A DNA stretch of 64,000 nucleotides from contig MU004181.1 of NCBI GenBank assembly GCA_010093605.1, positions 1,240,001-1,304,000 of the forward strand, read 5' to 3'. This document shows, piece after piece, positions 1 to 11,100 of this stretch. Within the stretch, counting starts at the first letter, position 1. Each line of letters starts with the position of its first letter. Below the pieces are notes generated by a model, which was not told the origin of the DNA, did not search any database, and saw only the letters and a list, made by a program, of their open reading frames with translations. A program made the translations under genes and the position numbers. This DNA is from Lophium mytilinum (lineage: Eukaryota).

Positions 1-702
1 GGCCTCTTCCGGTTCCTCGATTTGAGTATCAGCAGCTCTCCGCAGTACGCTGAGATACTGCAGCGTATTAAGGGTGGACAGCAGTTTCTCGACATGGGAT
101 GCTGCTTTGGGCAAGACATCCGCAAGCTAGTAGGTCGGACACAGCCGTTTCTGATACACACGCTGACGGAACATGTAAAGGTCCACGATGGAGCTCCAGC
201 CGAGAATCTGTACGGTGCAGACCTCGAGATGCAGTTCATGGAACTAGGCTATGACCTTTTCCTAGACAAAGAGACCTTGAAAACCAAGTTCATTGCCAGC
301 GATATCTTTGACCCCGAGGCTGAAATTAAGCAATTGGACAATAGTATCGACATCGTCCACGCCTCGTCCTTCTTCCATCTATTCGACTGGAAGCAATCAG
401 TTCAGGCCGCCAAGCGCATCGTCGAGATTCTCAAGAAAGAACCCGGGGCGCTAGTCATCGGTCGACAGCTAGGCGGAGAAGAATCAGGAGATATAGAGTC
501 TCCCATTGACAAGAAGACGAGGTACCAGCACAACTCGGAATCTTTCAAAAAGATGTGGAAGCTCGTTGGCGACGAGACGGGCTCCAATTGGGAGGTAGAC
601 GTCACCATAAAGCTGTTTCCTCGTGGAGGAGGCCTTTTGCGTCAGTTGGAGAAGCGTCGGGATGACACCCGGGTGCTTATATGGGCGGTCAGGAGAGTAT
701 AG
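1..702 (+). CDS. SAM-dependent methyltransferase (fungal secondary-metabolism type, AusD/Trt5-like), 5' end outside the window
   Basis: Motif I FLDMGCCFGQDIRKL, then YGADL, DIVHASSFFHLF and GRQLG. In-frame 51-nt intron 130-180 (GTAGGT..CTGAC..AAG) joins IRKL|VHDGAP. The track's start at 22 is TTG, so the gene begins upstream. Confidence 0.85.
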   Translation, partial: GLFRFLDLSISSSPQYAEILQRIKGGQQFLDMGCCFGQDIRKLVGRTQPFLIHTLTEHVKVHDGAPAENLYGADLEMQFMELGYDLFLDKETLKTKFIASDIFDPEAEIKQLDNSIDIVHASSFFHLFDWKQSVQAAKRIVEILKKEPGALVIGRQLGGEESGDIESPIDKKTRYQHNSESFKKMWKLVGDETGSNWEVDVTIKLFPRGGGLLRQLEKRRDDTRVLIWAVRRV

Positions 703-1145
703 GTCTGAGATTAGTGCTTATCCATTCAACATGGTATTTCTGGCTGCTCTTTTGAGCATACTCTCTTCGGTGCTCTGTCAGTGATGGTAACGTATCTAGA
801 CCCTTATACACTCTTTGGTCACACATTTGGCCACATCAAGCTTGACACTGCTTTGCGCCTCTCGATGCACCATGCCGAATAGTCAGTAAGCTTCCTAGGC
901 CTCCTTCGAAAGTAACTAGTAGTTATGTATATGCAGACTGAACGTGTGATATGTTGCTACGACCTAGCGAAGTTTGACAACACAGACCACGTGATGGAGC
1001 AACGATTTGGTTCCGTGTATATATCTACCACGGTACGCTTTTAGAACGAGGCTTGACACAACATCTGCTCAACTAAACACGTATGCCTTTAAAGCACGAC
1101 CAACTCCTACTCTGCACTCATAGATTCTTCTAAGTTGATAAAGAA

Positions 1146-2419
1146 ATGGTGACGTCTACCACCATATTCGTAGCATTCCTCTTTGCTGGAACAGGTCTTT
1201 CGCAAGATCATGTCAGCGCACGAGGTTACAATCTTTCGAAGAACACTATAACCGGACATTTTTCCGATAACTGCAATGACCGGGAGGTCGAGTGGAAATT
1301 TGACAAGAGGGTTGCCGTACTGTGCACGCCAATTGGTAAGCCTTCTCAGAAGTAGCTTACTCAAACAATATTCCACTGCTAATGTTTTGCTATACAGATG
1401 GGCGTATGGGTAGGCACCAAGTATTTGAAAAACCCAAGCGTCTGCATATTGCCGCTCTAGAAAAAGATTGCGCTTGTAAGAAACTTCAAGGGCACGAGTA
1501 TTTCCACACCCTTCTATTATATATTAACACCCCCCAACTTTAGTAGATATACACCCCTATTATCTAATCTTTTAATTGGCTAGAACGGCTTAGACTTTTA
1601 TTTAGAGCTCTAGTGGCCGGCCGCCTAGCTTAAAGGAGGGTATTATAGAATAGCACTAGCACTACGGAAGGTAGTATAACGGCCTAAGAGCGCCTATTCT
1701 AAGCCTTAGCCTTAGCCTTAGCTTACTCCTTAGCCTTAGGCGGCGCCAGCGCGGCTTCCTTATAAGGAGCTCTAACGTTAGATAGCATTATATAAGGAGA
1801 ATAGCTAGTAGGGTGCGGCAGTAATATAGGGGGGGCTAGATTTAATATAGAGGGGCCGTAATAAGGTAAGGATTTAACTATTTTAGTATACTTATAGGTA
1901 TATAGGTATATAGGTAGTAATATAGTAGCCTATATATACTATAGGAAACGGGAAGTATATATAGTAAAATAGGTATACTATATAGCCTTACTATAACTAC
2001 AGCCTTATATATAGTCTTATATATAGCCTTATATATAGATTATATATATAGCCTTATCTACAGCCTTAATAGGCTGCTAGAAACAGTAAGAATGCGCAAT
2101 AAAATGGCAGTAATCTAAGCCCTCTAGACTAATTAGAAGATTAGATAGAAGGAGGGTGTGCATCTACTAATATCGGGGGGTGTTAATATACAATAGGAGG
2201 GTGTGGAAATACTCGTGCCCAACTTCAAACTCTCGTTTACGAAAAGCCAATTTTCTAACAATCTAAGATGCCTTTTTTAAAAACGATGAATGCAAGTACA
2301 GTACGGTGGACGGGGCCGAGTATGTCCCATTGCACCTCTACCCGGAAGATGTTGGCAAATGCCTGGCCGCGGAAGATTTGATTGGAAGTATCTCTTTGAT
2401 CTGCCATAGAGATATATAA
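1146..2419 (+). CDS. Small secreted cysteine-rich protein, 139 aa (effector-like); exons 1146-1335, 1398-1475, 2268-2419
   Basis: Hydrophobic signal-peptide-like N-terminus (MVTSTTIFVAFLFAGTGLS). Intron 1 is GTAAGC..GCTAAT..TACAG (1336-1397). Intron 2 is GTAAGA..CTAAC..AAG (1476-2267) and contains the transposon. The spliced 420 nt read open to TAA at 2417-2419 and encode 6 Cys. Confidence 0.75.
1490..2220. mobile_element. Non-autonomous DNA transposon (731 bp), ~105-bp TIRs, 8-bp TSD AACTTCAA, RIP-mutated
   Basis: Left end GGGCACGAGTATTTCCACACCCT and right end AGGGTGTGGAAATACTCGTGCCC; first 23 bp identical, similarity extends ~105 bp with mostly transition mismatches. AACTTCAA at 1482-1489 and 2221-2228. 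Interior is very TpA-rich and CpA/TpG-poor. Confidence 0.93.
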
Positions 2420-2745
2420 ATATAAATTGCCTTGAGGCACAGTCGGTTACTATCCTCGCGCGGAAGGATCCCTGATGGATGTCAATGTGAGGGAACTACA
2501 AACTTGTGAGGCACTTTTAGACCAGGTAACCTAGCAATAACTGTTCTGTAAATCAGCATGCTCTACAATGACCAACTTCTGTAACGCATAACCGCTCAAC
2601 CAATAAGCACCTTTGCCCACGCCAAGATTTCGATCTGGCCTAAACACCAAATCCCCATCACAGCTCTCAATACCGACACCCCTCTCAATAAACCCAATTG
2701 CACCGCTTTCCCCCACTTGATACCTCTCGCAATCTACTACCCACC

Positions 2746-3811
2746 ATGGACCCCTACTCCGCCGAAGGAGGTACGCACATACCTCCCGTCTACCCGATTC
2801 CACCCCTCTAACACCACCCACAGAGCTCGTAAACCTCCACAACGCCTTCCACGCCGGCCAATACACGGCCTGCACCACCTTCGATACCTCATCCTTTTCC
2901 GCCTCCAATGCCCTCCCCGCCCGCATACTCCAACTCCGCGCGCAGCTTGCCCTCGGCGAATACGACGCCGTGCTCTCCTCCGTCAAGAGCGAGCAGAATG
3001 TACCCGACCTCGCTGCTGTCGCTGCACTAGCGGCTTACGAGAAGGGAGGGAAAGAGGTTGAGGCGGTGGAGCGGGTGCGGAAGTTGGCGAGCGCGCAGGG
3101 GGATAATTTGAGCGTGCAGTTACTGGGCGGGACCGTGTTGGCGCGGGCGGGGGAGTATGAGGAGGCGCTGGCGTTGCTGGCGAGGCATCAGGGGAGCTTA
3201 GATGCGTAAGTGGACACATACTCAATTGGGGTGAAGGCGCGGAGAGGGATAGGGCTAATGGGATGCAGGGTTGCATTGATAGTGCAGATACATCTGCTAC
3301 AGAATCGGACGGATCTTGCGGCGAAGGAGGCACAGCGGGCGAGGAAATGGGCACAGGATAGTCTGCTGGTCAATCTGGCGGAGTCTTGGGTTGGGTTACG
3401 GGAGGTGAGTTCTGCTTTCGTCTGACTAGTGTGAAAGGAGCTAATTCAAAATCTTACACATAGGGCGGCGAAAAATACCAGCAAGCCTTCTACGTCTTTG
3501 AAGAGCTCGCTCAAGCTCCTGCGACTCAGGCTGTGCACTCCCTTCTCGGCCAAGCCGTCTCAGAACTCCACCTCGGCCGCCTCCCAGAAGCTGAAGCTGC
3601 ACTCCAACAAGCCGAAGCCATTGACGGCGACAACGCAGACGTGTTAGCGAACTTAATCGTACTGAATACGATTCTGGGACAGGACACTAAGGAGCTAAAG
3701 GGAAAGCTAGCGAAGGTGTCGCCGGAGCATCAGTTCTTGGAGGATCTGAAGTCGAAGAGCGAGGCATTTGAGCAGGCGAAGACGAAGTACACGCCGAAGT
3801 TTGAGGTTTGA
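2746..3811 (+). CDS. SEC28: Coatomer subunit epsilon (COPE/Sec28), 296 aa; exons 2746-2770, 2824-3205, 3269-3404, 3464-3811
   Basis: MDPYSAEGEL start, HQGSLDAVALIVQIHLLQNRTDLA, WAQDSLLVNLAESWVGLREGGEKYQQAFYVFEELAQ. Canonical introns; exon sum 891 nt. Confidence 0.93.
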
Positions 3812-4017
3812 GGCGTAGATGGGCTGGGAGGTCTGGCGTTCTGCATAGGGCTTGATAGAGCATGAGGCGTATGATGATGTGGAATTGGCATCACAGGTAC
3901 GTCGATCCGTACTTTGTATTACGGTTGATGGACGTAGGTATTCAAAAGTAGTGCCACTGAGCTCTTGGAGCTTTCAACCTCTTTTCAACAATCTGATTCA
4001 GAGTCCACGCTAAAAGT

Positions 4018-4215
4018 ATGCCAAAATCGACTTCAAATCGCACGGACTGGCTCCCATTCATACATCTCACAACATTGAAAACTACCTCTTTCTCGCTGTC
4101 TAATTTGTAGGCCACGCCAATAATATGCCCAAAACGACTCCAGATCGCACGGACTGGCTCCACTTTATACATCTCGCAACACTGTGACTTACCTCAAATC
4201 TCTGGTCTAATATAG
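4018..4215. repeat. Degenerate direct repeat, two copies, period ~108 bp
   Basis: ATCGCACGGACTGGCTCC..ATACATCTC.CAACA.TG..TACCTC occurs at ~4036-4088 and ~4144-4195, between the convergent COPE and GPX 3' ends. Confidence 0.75.
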
Positions 4216-4568
4216 CGGGTTGTACAAAATGCGTGCTAAAAGAGGGGGAGAATTGAGTGCTGAGAAGACGTGCAATTTTGAAGACCGTAAATCAGGCGCG
4301 GAAATTTTCAAGCTGGCAGGAGTTTGCGCACTCTCAGAGGAACCTCGGAAGGGCAATTTCATGAAAGGGAAGGTGTGAATGGCGGTATGATATCGAGGCC
4401 TGGGTGAATGAAATTTTGCATCGTGAGTATTCCGCAGTAAGAAGAGATGGCACTTGCAGAGTTCCAGAAGCTATCATTCATCGATAGAGAAGTGCATACG
4501 CTCGCCGTGCTCCACAGGTGTATCATAGTCATCCCCCCATCCAGGCTCTCCACCTTCCAGCACCCTCA

Positions 4569-5280
4569 TCAATCCCGTTTTCCCGTAAAAACCTTCTCCG
4601 CGAGCGCCTTCTCAATCTCCGGCCTCAGACTCTCGGGCTTGGTGGTGCTCGCCCACCTCCCCTTGACCGTGCCATCCCTGCCGATCAAGAACTTCTCGAA
4701 ATTCCACTTGATCCGCTTCATGCCCATCAGGCCCGGCTTCTCCTTCTTCATCCACTCGTACAGCGGCTCCGCCTTGTCGCCGTTGACCTCCGTCTTTCCG
4801 AGGACCGGGAAGGAGACGCCGTAGTTGACTTGGCAGAAATTGGCGATTTCGTCGTTGGTGCCCGGGTCCTGTGAGCCGAACTGGTTGCAGGGGAAGCCGA
4901 GGATGGTGAAGTCAGGGTGGGTGGTGTGGAGCTCCTAGGGAGAAAGACGAGAGGTAGTTAGTATACGACTGATAGTATTGGGGGTGGGAGATGGGGTGGG
5001 TAGGCAGGCACCTTGTAGAGCTTCTCGAGGCCCTCGAATTGGGGCGTGAAACCGCATTTTGAGGCTGTGTTAACGATGAGGACGACTTTGCCCTTGTATT
5101 GGTCCAGCGGGTATTCAGTGCCCTTCTCTGGTCGCTATGTTAGCACCGTAACCGCATATGTGAATGGTGCAAGGAGAGGTGGAAGCAAGAAGTGCTCTCG
5201 CCCCTCACCCCACCACCGGCTGCACAGGCAAACTTACTATCCTTGGGCTTGAAGTCGTAGAATGCAGTAGCGGACGCCAT
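4569..5280 (-). CDS. HYR1: Glutathione peroxidase-like peroxiredoxin (Hyr1/Gpx3), 174 aa; exons 5280-5238, 5127-5012, 4934-4569
   Basis: [31 protein letters not shown] and [10 protein letters not shown] motifs; exon sum 525 nt. The peroxidatic residue is Cys, not Sec. Confidence 0.93.
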
Positions 5281-6427
5281 TCTCGCAGTATTCGATATTC
5301 GGAAGCTTTGTGAAAGGTGGAAGTGTCGACAGCTGTGGTCTTGTAGGTGTGTGGAGTAGTGCAGTATGAACGGTGCAGGTTTGATGTAGTTGAGTGGTGA
5401 GATGGCTCCGACAGCTCCGATCCCCCTCCCGCTCTTAAGTAAAGCCCCGCGCCACATGGGAAAAAAAGGACCCTGGAGAGTCGTCTAACCGGATTGCAGG
5501 ATCACGTCGTCTGGCACGCTTTTCGCGGCGGAAACGCACGCTTCCGTTGCCCTGGAACCTCGGCGAGCGATGGCGTTTCGCGCTGGCTTGCCCGAAATGA
5601 CGTACACTAGCTGGGATCACTCTATCGGGCGCTAGGCTCTATGTATAAGCTGTGGTTCGAGGCTTCCATCCGACGCCTGGAATTTGTCAGGTTGAGAGCA
5701 CCGAGTTCCACCGAGTTTGCCGATGAAGTTGAGATAGGTAGGCTGCGGTTGGGAGATTGGTAGTATCGCGGACGAAAGTTTCCGTATCTCGGGTTGACCG
5801 ACCGCTGCTGGGAGCTGGACGAGGGGAGAAACATCTGACTGGAATTCTTGGTCAGAATGATATTCTAGATTCGAGCACCGTGGGAGCATTAGGAAGCCAG
5901 AGTTATCAGTGCGTGGTTCAAGGGAGGTACAACGATAAAGCTAAGAGCGTGTGGCATTGCAGCTTTATCAATTCAGTATCACATTTGCGATATAATGACT
6001 CGAAGCATAAATGCAAAAGCTCAATTTCTCTATGGTAATTACCATCGCACAAACTACATAAATCAAACAGTCTATATAACAAACGTAACGTCAAAACGCG
6101 AATGCTTCCTCTGACCACCACAAGCACGTCTAGTGCAGCAAGACTTCTACTCCATGGCACGACTCCTGGGCAAACCTCCTAATCTACAGCGAAACTATCA
6201 TCGGGAGAGTCCTGGGCTGGCTGTCCGGGCATCCAGGATTGAAACACAGGAGCGAATCCTTTGGCATGGGCTCAGTGGCATCATCCGGGCAGGTGAAGTA
6301 AGAAGAAAAGACATGACGGGAATCATGCAATCCGGGGAATCGGCAAAAGTCCAGGATATGCCGGCATTCCATGGCTAGTTGGTTGGATTGAGTGTGTAAT
6401 ACCTACTAATCGCGAGGTTCTTGCGCT

Positions 6428-8198
6428 TCAACCGAGCTCGTTGAGTCGAGAGGCGATCTTGCTGAGTGCGGCAAGGTCCTCGCTGACCTGGAAGTGGCTG
6501 TTCATGTCCTTGGGGCCTTGCAGGCCCTGGAGATCGAGAACGACAATCGCTCTCCTCTTCGTCCACTCGTTCATAAGATTCTTCCGCTCTTGGTTGAGGC
6601 GATTCTGCTCGGAGGCAGCTGCGGCGGCGGCCGAGGAGATCCTGGCATTAACTGTCTTCTGGCGCTTCTCCGTCATCTCATCCGCATGAGTTGGGGTCTT
6701 GCGCTTGCGGCTGCTGTTGTTACGCTTCAGGGGTGCATGGGCTGCCTGCACGGGCGGAGAGACATTCTCAGATGGAGACGTCGATCCGGTGTAATCATGC
6801 ACCCGCTTCATGTGGTCGAAGAGATTGTAGCGTCTGGGGAAGCCATGGCCAGGCACAGATCGTTCGCAGTCTTGGTAGGTGCAGAGGTGAGGCTTGGAGC
6901 CATGTCCATGCATACCGTGAGCCTCCCTTTCGTGGCGCAGAAGGCAAGCTGTGGACGAGAATCGAACGCCGACGCAAGTCTTGACCTTGCAGCGGAAGGG
7001 CCTCAAGTGTGAATCCACGTATTTGCTAAAAACAGTCAGTAATATGCTTAGAGTCTATGTGTGAGAAAGCCTACTCGTAGTTGCACTTCAGCTTCGTGGG
7101 CTTGTGGGTGCAGCCAGCTTGTCCTTCGTTGGGGCAATGGTAAAGCTCGTCCTCCTGCGGTTGTGCCTGGTAGAGTGGATGGGTGCGAGCCAATTTGCCT
7201 TCGGCTTCCTCAAGGGAAGCTTGAGCAGCCGAGCTCTGGGAAGGCGAGAAGATGTCGTCGTCGAACTCGTCGTCTTTGACTGAAGGAGCAGCAATAGAAT
7301 CATCGATGGACGCATCATTTTCAATTCTGGGACTGTTATTAGAGACACGCAATGGAAACCAGGATGACACCTACTTGTTGAAGGACGACTGCTCAGTGAA
7401 ATCACTTTCGGCAACGCTTGCTCGTTGCGGCATGCTCAAGACGCTCGACGTGGGAGACATTACGAAGCTTTGAAACATCTGATCGGTGACCGACACACGC
7501 CTCTCTGCAGAAAGTGGGGTCGAGCTTCGCATCGCATCGGCATCAGAGGTTGAGGTGGTATCAACATGTGGCCTTCGCGTACGAGGTCGAGACTGTGGAG
7601 CATTCATAGACATGCTAAAGGCATTGCTGTTGCCTTCCTGGTTTGCGTACATGAATGGAGGGTAGAAGTGCTGAGACATGCCCTCACGGCTGGATTGCTG
7701 CTGTTGGCGGAAAGGGAGAAGGCCATTCGCTTCCACGTTTCTTACCGCGAAGGGTGCAGTGAAGGAGGGAAGATCAGCCGTCGCCCATTGTTGGCCAGCA
7801 TCCATATCATTCGGCGAAGAGAAGTATTGGGGGGCAGAGGAACTGTGATGCGGACCGTAGCCCTGTCCAGCGGAGTAGTTAGCGAAATTGAAGACCTCAT
7901 TTCCCATGTCGGCTTCTCCGGCAGACGGTGGTAGCAGCATCTGGCTCATGTCGGACTGCGGTGCGTGGAATCCGCTTTGACTATCTGAACTCAGAGCAGG
8001 TGAGTACAAGCTGCCCCCGAGGTAGGAATCAAACATTTGCCCTTTGGAATCCTGTGAGCTCCTGGCTTGGTATCCTTCAGCGACTCCTGTCCCTCGCCGG
8101 TTGGCGTCTGGCTGGCTTTGATATGCACTGTCGCCCATACTGGAGACAGAAACATCATCGTCCTTTAGCATGAAGGTCTCTGGAATATGTCCGGTCAT
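6428..8198 (-). CDS. C2H2 zinc-finger transcription factor (resembles the Cos1/AslA-type fungal family), ~559 aa; exons ~8198-7375, ~7332-7075, 7025-6428
   Basis: LYHCP..CTHKPTKLKCNYDKYVDSHLRPFRC..RFSSTACLLRHEREAH..PHLC..FPRRYNLFDHMKRVH finger array, basic NLS (RKRK) and S/Q/P-rich N-terminus. Start codon and one acceptor (7333 vs 7327) are uncertain; the family name is from memory. Confidence 0.85.
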
Positions 8199-11100
8199 GT
8201 CTGCGCACTCTGAAGAGAAGAAGAAAATGTCCTTTCCGGTCACTGGGGCTCCTGAAACGGACTGGCTCCACAAGGCAACGTCTAAGGGATTGGAGAAATG
8301 AAAAGTGCCAGCAGGTGATTCGTCGAACGGAAGCTCGCTGAAGATTGGTGGTTAGTACCTGAAAGCATGTTGAGGGCGTGCCAGAAGAAATGAAAATTTG
8401 AAAATTGACAGCACGAATGACGGTTGAAGCAGGAAAGAAAACGCCATTGTTAGTATCAGCTATCAAGCCTAGGTCGGTGTTGAGCCCTTTTTTGTAATGT
8501 TAGTTTCGTAAAAAGCAAATGTGTTCGATGAGCACTAACCAAGGGAGGAGGCCGGAAGAGGTAATTTTGAGGCCATTTATGGACACTCGTCGCTTAGCAC
8601 AACGCCGGGCTGTGACGAAACAGGGATTCAAGCATCTTAGATCCATGTGGCGGAGCTCCACAGACTCGTCCGGAATCCTTTGGGCAATGTGGGTACCAGA
8701 GAGCAAATGAAATATCCAGAATGGGATCCACAAGACCGGCTACCAGCGGACAAAATCCTGGAAATCAAAGCTTACGATTTTCTGCACACTTCATTACAAA
8801 CGCGACAAGTCAGTACACGCACCCGCAAGTTCTCTTTAGAGAGAAGGCATGCATAAGCCTTGGGGTACGTACTAGGAGCTATCATCGTTCGTCCAAATTC
8901 CATTTTCCACCTAGCAGTCGGCAGGATATTGCGGACGACATCCATTCCGGGCGGTCTGAACGATGAAAGAATGTCCAGGCTGTGACTCCAGTGGCAAGCA
9001 TACAAAGGGGCTCCATGCGACTAAACGGTAAAAGAAATCCATGGCATGGTAACATCCGGGAGAACAATTGACACGGCGGCCAAATCCATTGCGCGAAAAA
9101 GATAGCTACAGATTGTTGATCCAGTCTACATACTGGCAGCGGTGAGATTGTTGTATTTGAGGCACATTCTTGTGCAACTGTGAGTTCCTGGAAGCCTACT
9201 TGGGTGAGAGAACCCAGCATGGCAATCGACGAAGACGCCCGATTCCTGGATAGGTGTATCGCTTTTATTTGTAGCAAACGGCCGCTCTTGAAGAGTGCGC
9301 GTAGACCAGACGAATACCCTCGGTCGCATTGCGACGCTGTGGCAGAGAATGCGGCGGTCATCGTTGCAAGCTGGGTTAGCTCTCAGGGCGCTCTGGAAAC
9401 TTCTGATCGAACATCCGGTGTTGGAAAGTCCACATGGGTAGTAAAATAGAAACGAAAATCAAAAGCTATCCTGGCTGAATCCTAAAGGTAGGCTGGAAAG
9501 TACTCCATTGTGGGAAAGTCCGGCAGTCCAGTCCGTGTGTCCTCGGCAGCTAAATGGCGGCAAGAAAAGCAGAGAGAAGAAAACAGGAAAATACATGCTT
9601 AACGAACAACACAGCAATCTAAAAGTTTGAAGAGTGACAATAGGAAAGCGGTGGAAAATGGACCGTCGGGCAGTACCTGCTATCATGGGCTCCTTCGTCG
9701 CGGCTGCGATTTTTCATCCTGAGCTGGTTTGCTCTTTGCTAACGGCTCAAAATTCTCAAGTGTTGGTAATAGATGCACACAGCGAAAAGCGTGTCTTTAA
9801 AGTGTAGCGCTACGTTTATCGTCGAGCGGATGTGATACGAGATGTCGATGGTGCGAGGTGGAGGAGAAGAGAGGGAGGGCGAGCGAAGGAGAGGGAAAAG
9901 TGGAAGAATCAGCCAAGGCTAGCGGGTGGCAGTGATGAGTTGTTCAATGGAAGTGGGGCCATGGCATCAGCAGCGGTGAGCAAGGCAGACCGGTTGGACG
10001 GGGACAGCCAAGTTCTTAAGTGGTGGCCTCGAGTGTGATGGGTGTGCGCGAGCCGTGCCGCCTTCGAATCACATCGGCTCAGCGCTTGACTCGCGCTGTG
10101 AGCATTCTTGCCAAGAGCGCCGATACGACACTCTTCGGCGCCATGCATGCCTCAGCCTGCCGGACAAGTCTGGCAGCTGGTGTTGCACTGCGGCTGTTGC
10201 AGGACATATCCCAGTCGAGCACACTCCACGAGGTGAAGGACATCCGGCTCGAAAAAGCCGCCTACGGGTGCTCCCTGGCCGCTTAGGACACCCGGCTGCG
10301 CCAATTTCGCGCTGTCCGCCCAGCCCGGTCGTCTTGCGAATTGCCGGGCGGACGGTTGAGCACCGGAATCGAAGTTCATATCATTCATGATATAAGGCGT
10401 CGGATTCAGACATGTGAAGAATTGATTGAAGCTTATATTATCTGGTCGTAGTCTTCCCATTCATCCGCGTTCGTCGGTAGCACGTCGCCTGCGTTCAACT
10501 CGATGATACTCGTATAGAGTGCAAATGTGCGTGTCGTCGCACAATTGTGGAAGGCTGCAAATTCGACCCGGCGTCCCATTGTTAGCCAGGATCGAAGCTT
10601 GTTTCCAGTTTCATGACAGCTTCGTAGCAAGCCCTTAGTGAGTAGGAAGGCTGCACATAATGACATAGGCGGCTGTAACGATTAGGCGCCTCTGATCAGA
10701 AAAGTTGACCTCTTACCACGGGATAGGAGCCACGACTCAACAGTGTTACACAGCGCAAAATTCCTTCGTCGAAAAAGTTGGCAGCCAATAGCTTGCACCT
10801 ATGCATACACGCTGATTAGCAACAATAGCTTCAATGTATTGCGGAAAGGTAAATAAATATTGAAGTCGAATCAGATAGGAGCGAAAGACATTCGAAAGTT
10901 TGTTTCCGCAGTAGTCCTTAGACCATCGGTTGAACTATGCTTTGAAATTTGAATCATCATAGAAGGGGGTGCAGAGAGTGACAGAGAAAAGAGGGGCTCA
11001 CTTTAACGACAGGTCCTGTGAGGAAGCCACTGTATCGTGCCATCGTCAACGAACCCTACTTAGTGATCTCCCATGAGCGGAGAATAAACCGGAGCGTGGT

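Noticed and set aside
1701..1740. Telomere-like hexamer repeat (GCCTTA)n
   Set aside because: Not TTAGGG/CCCTAA, and it lies inside a RIP'd transposon.
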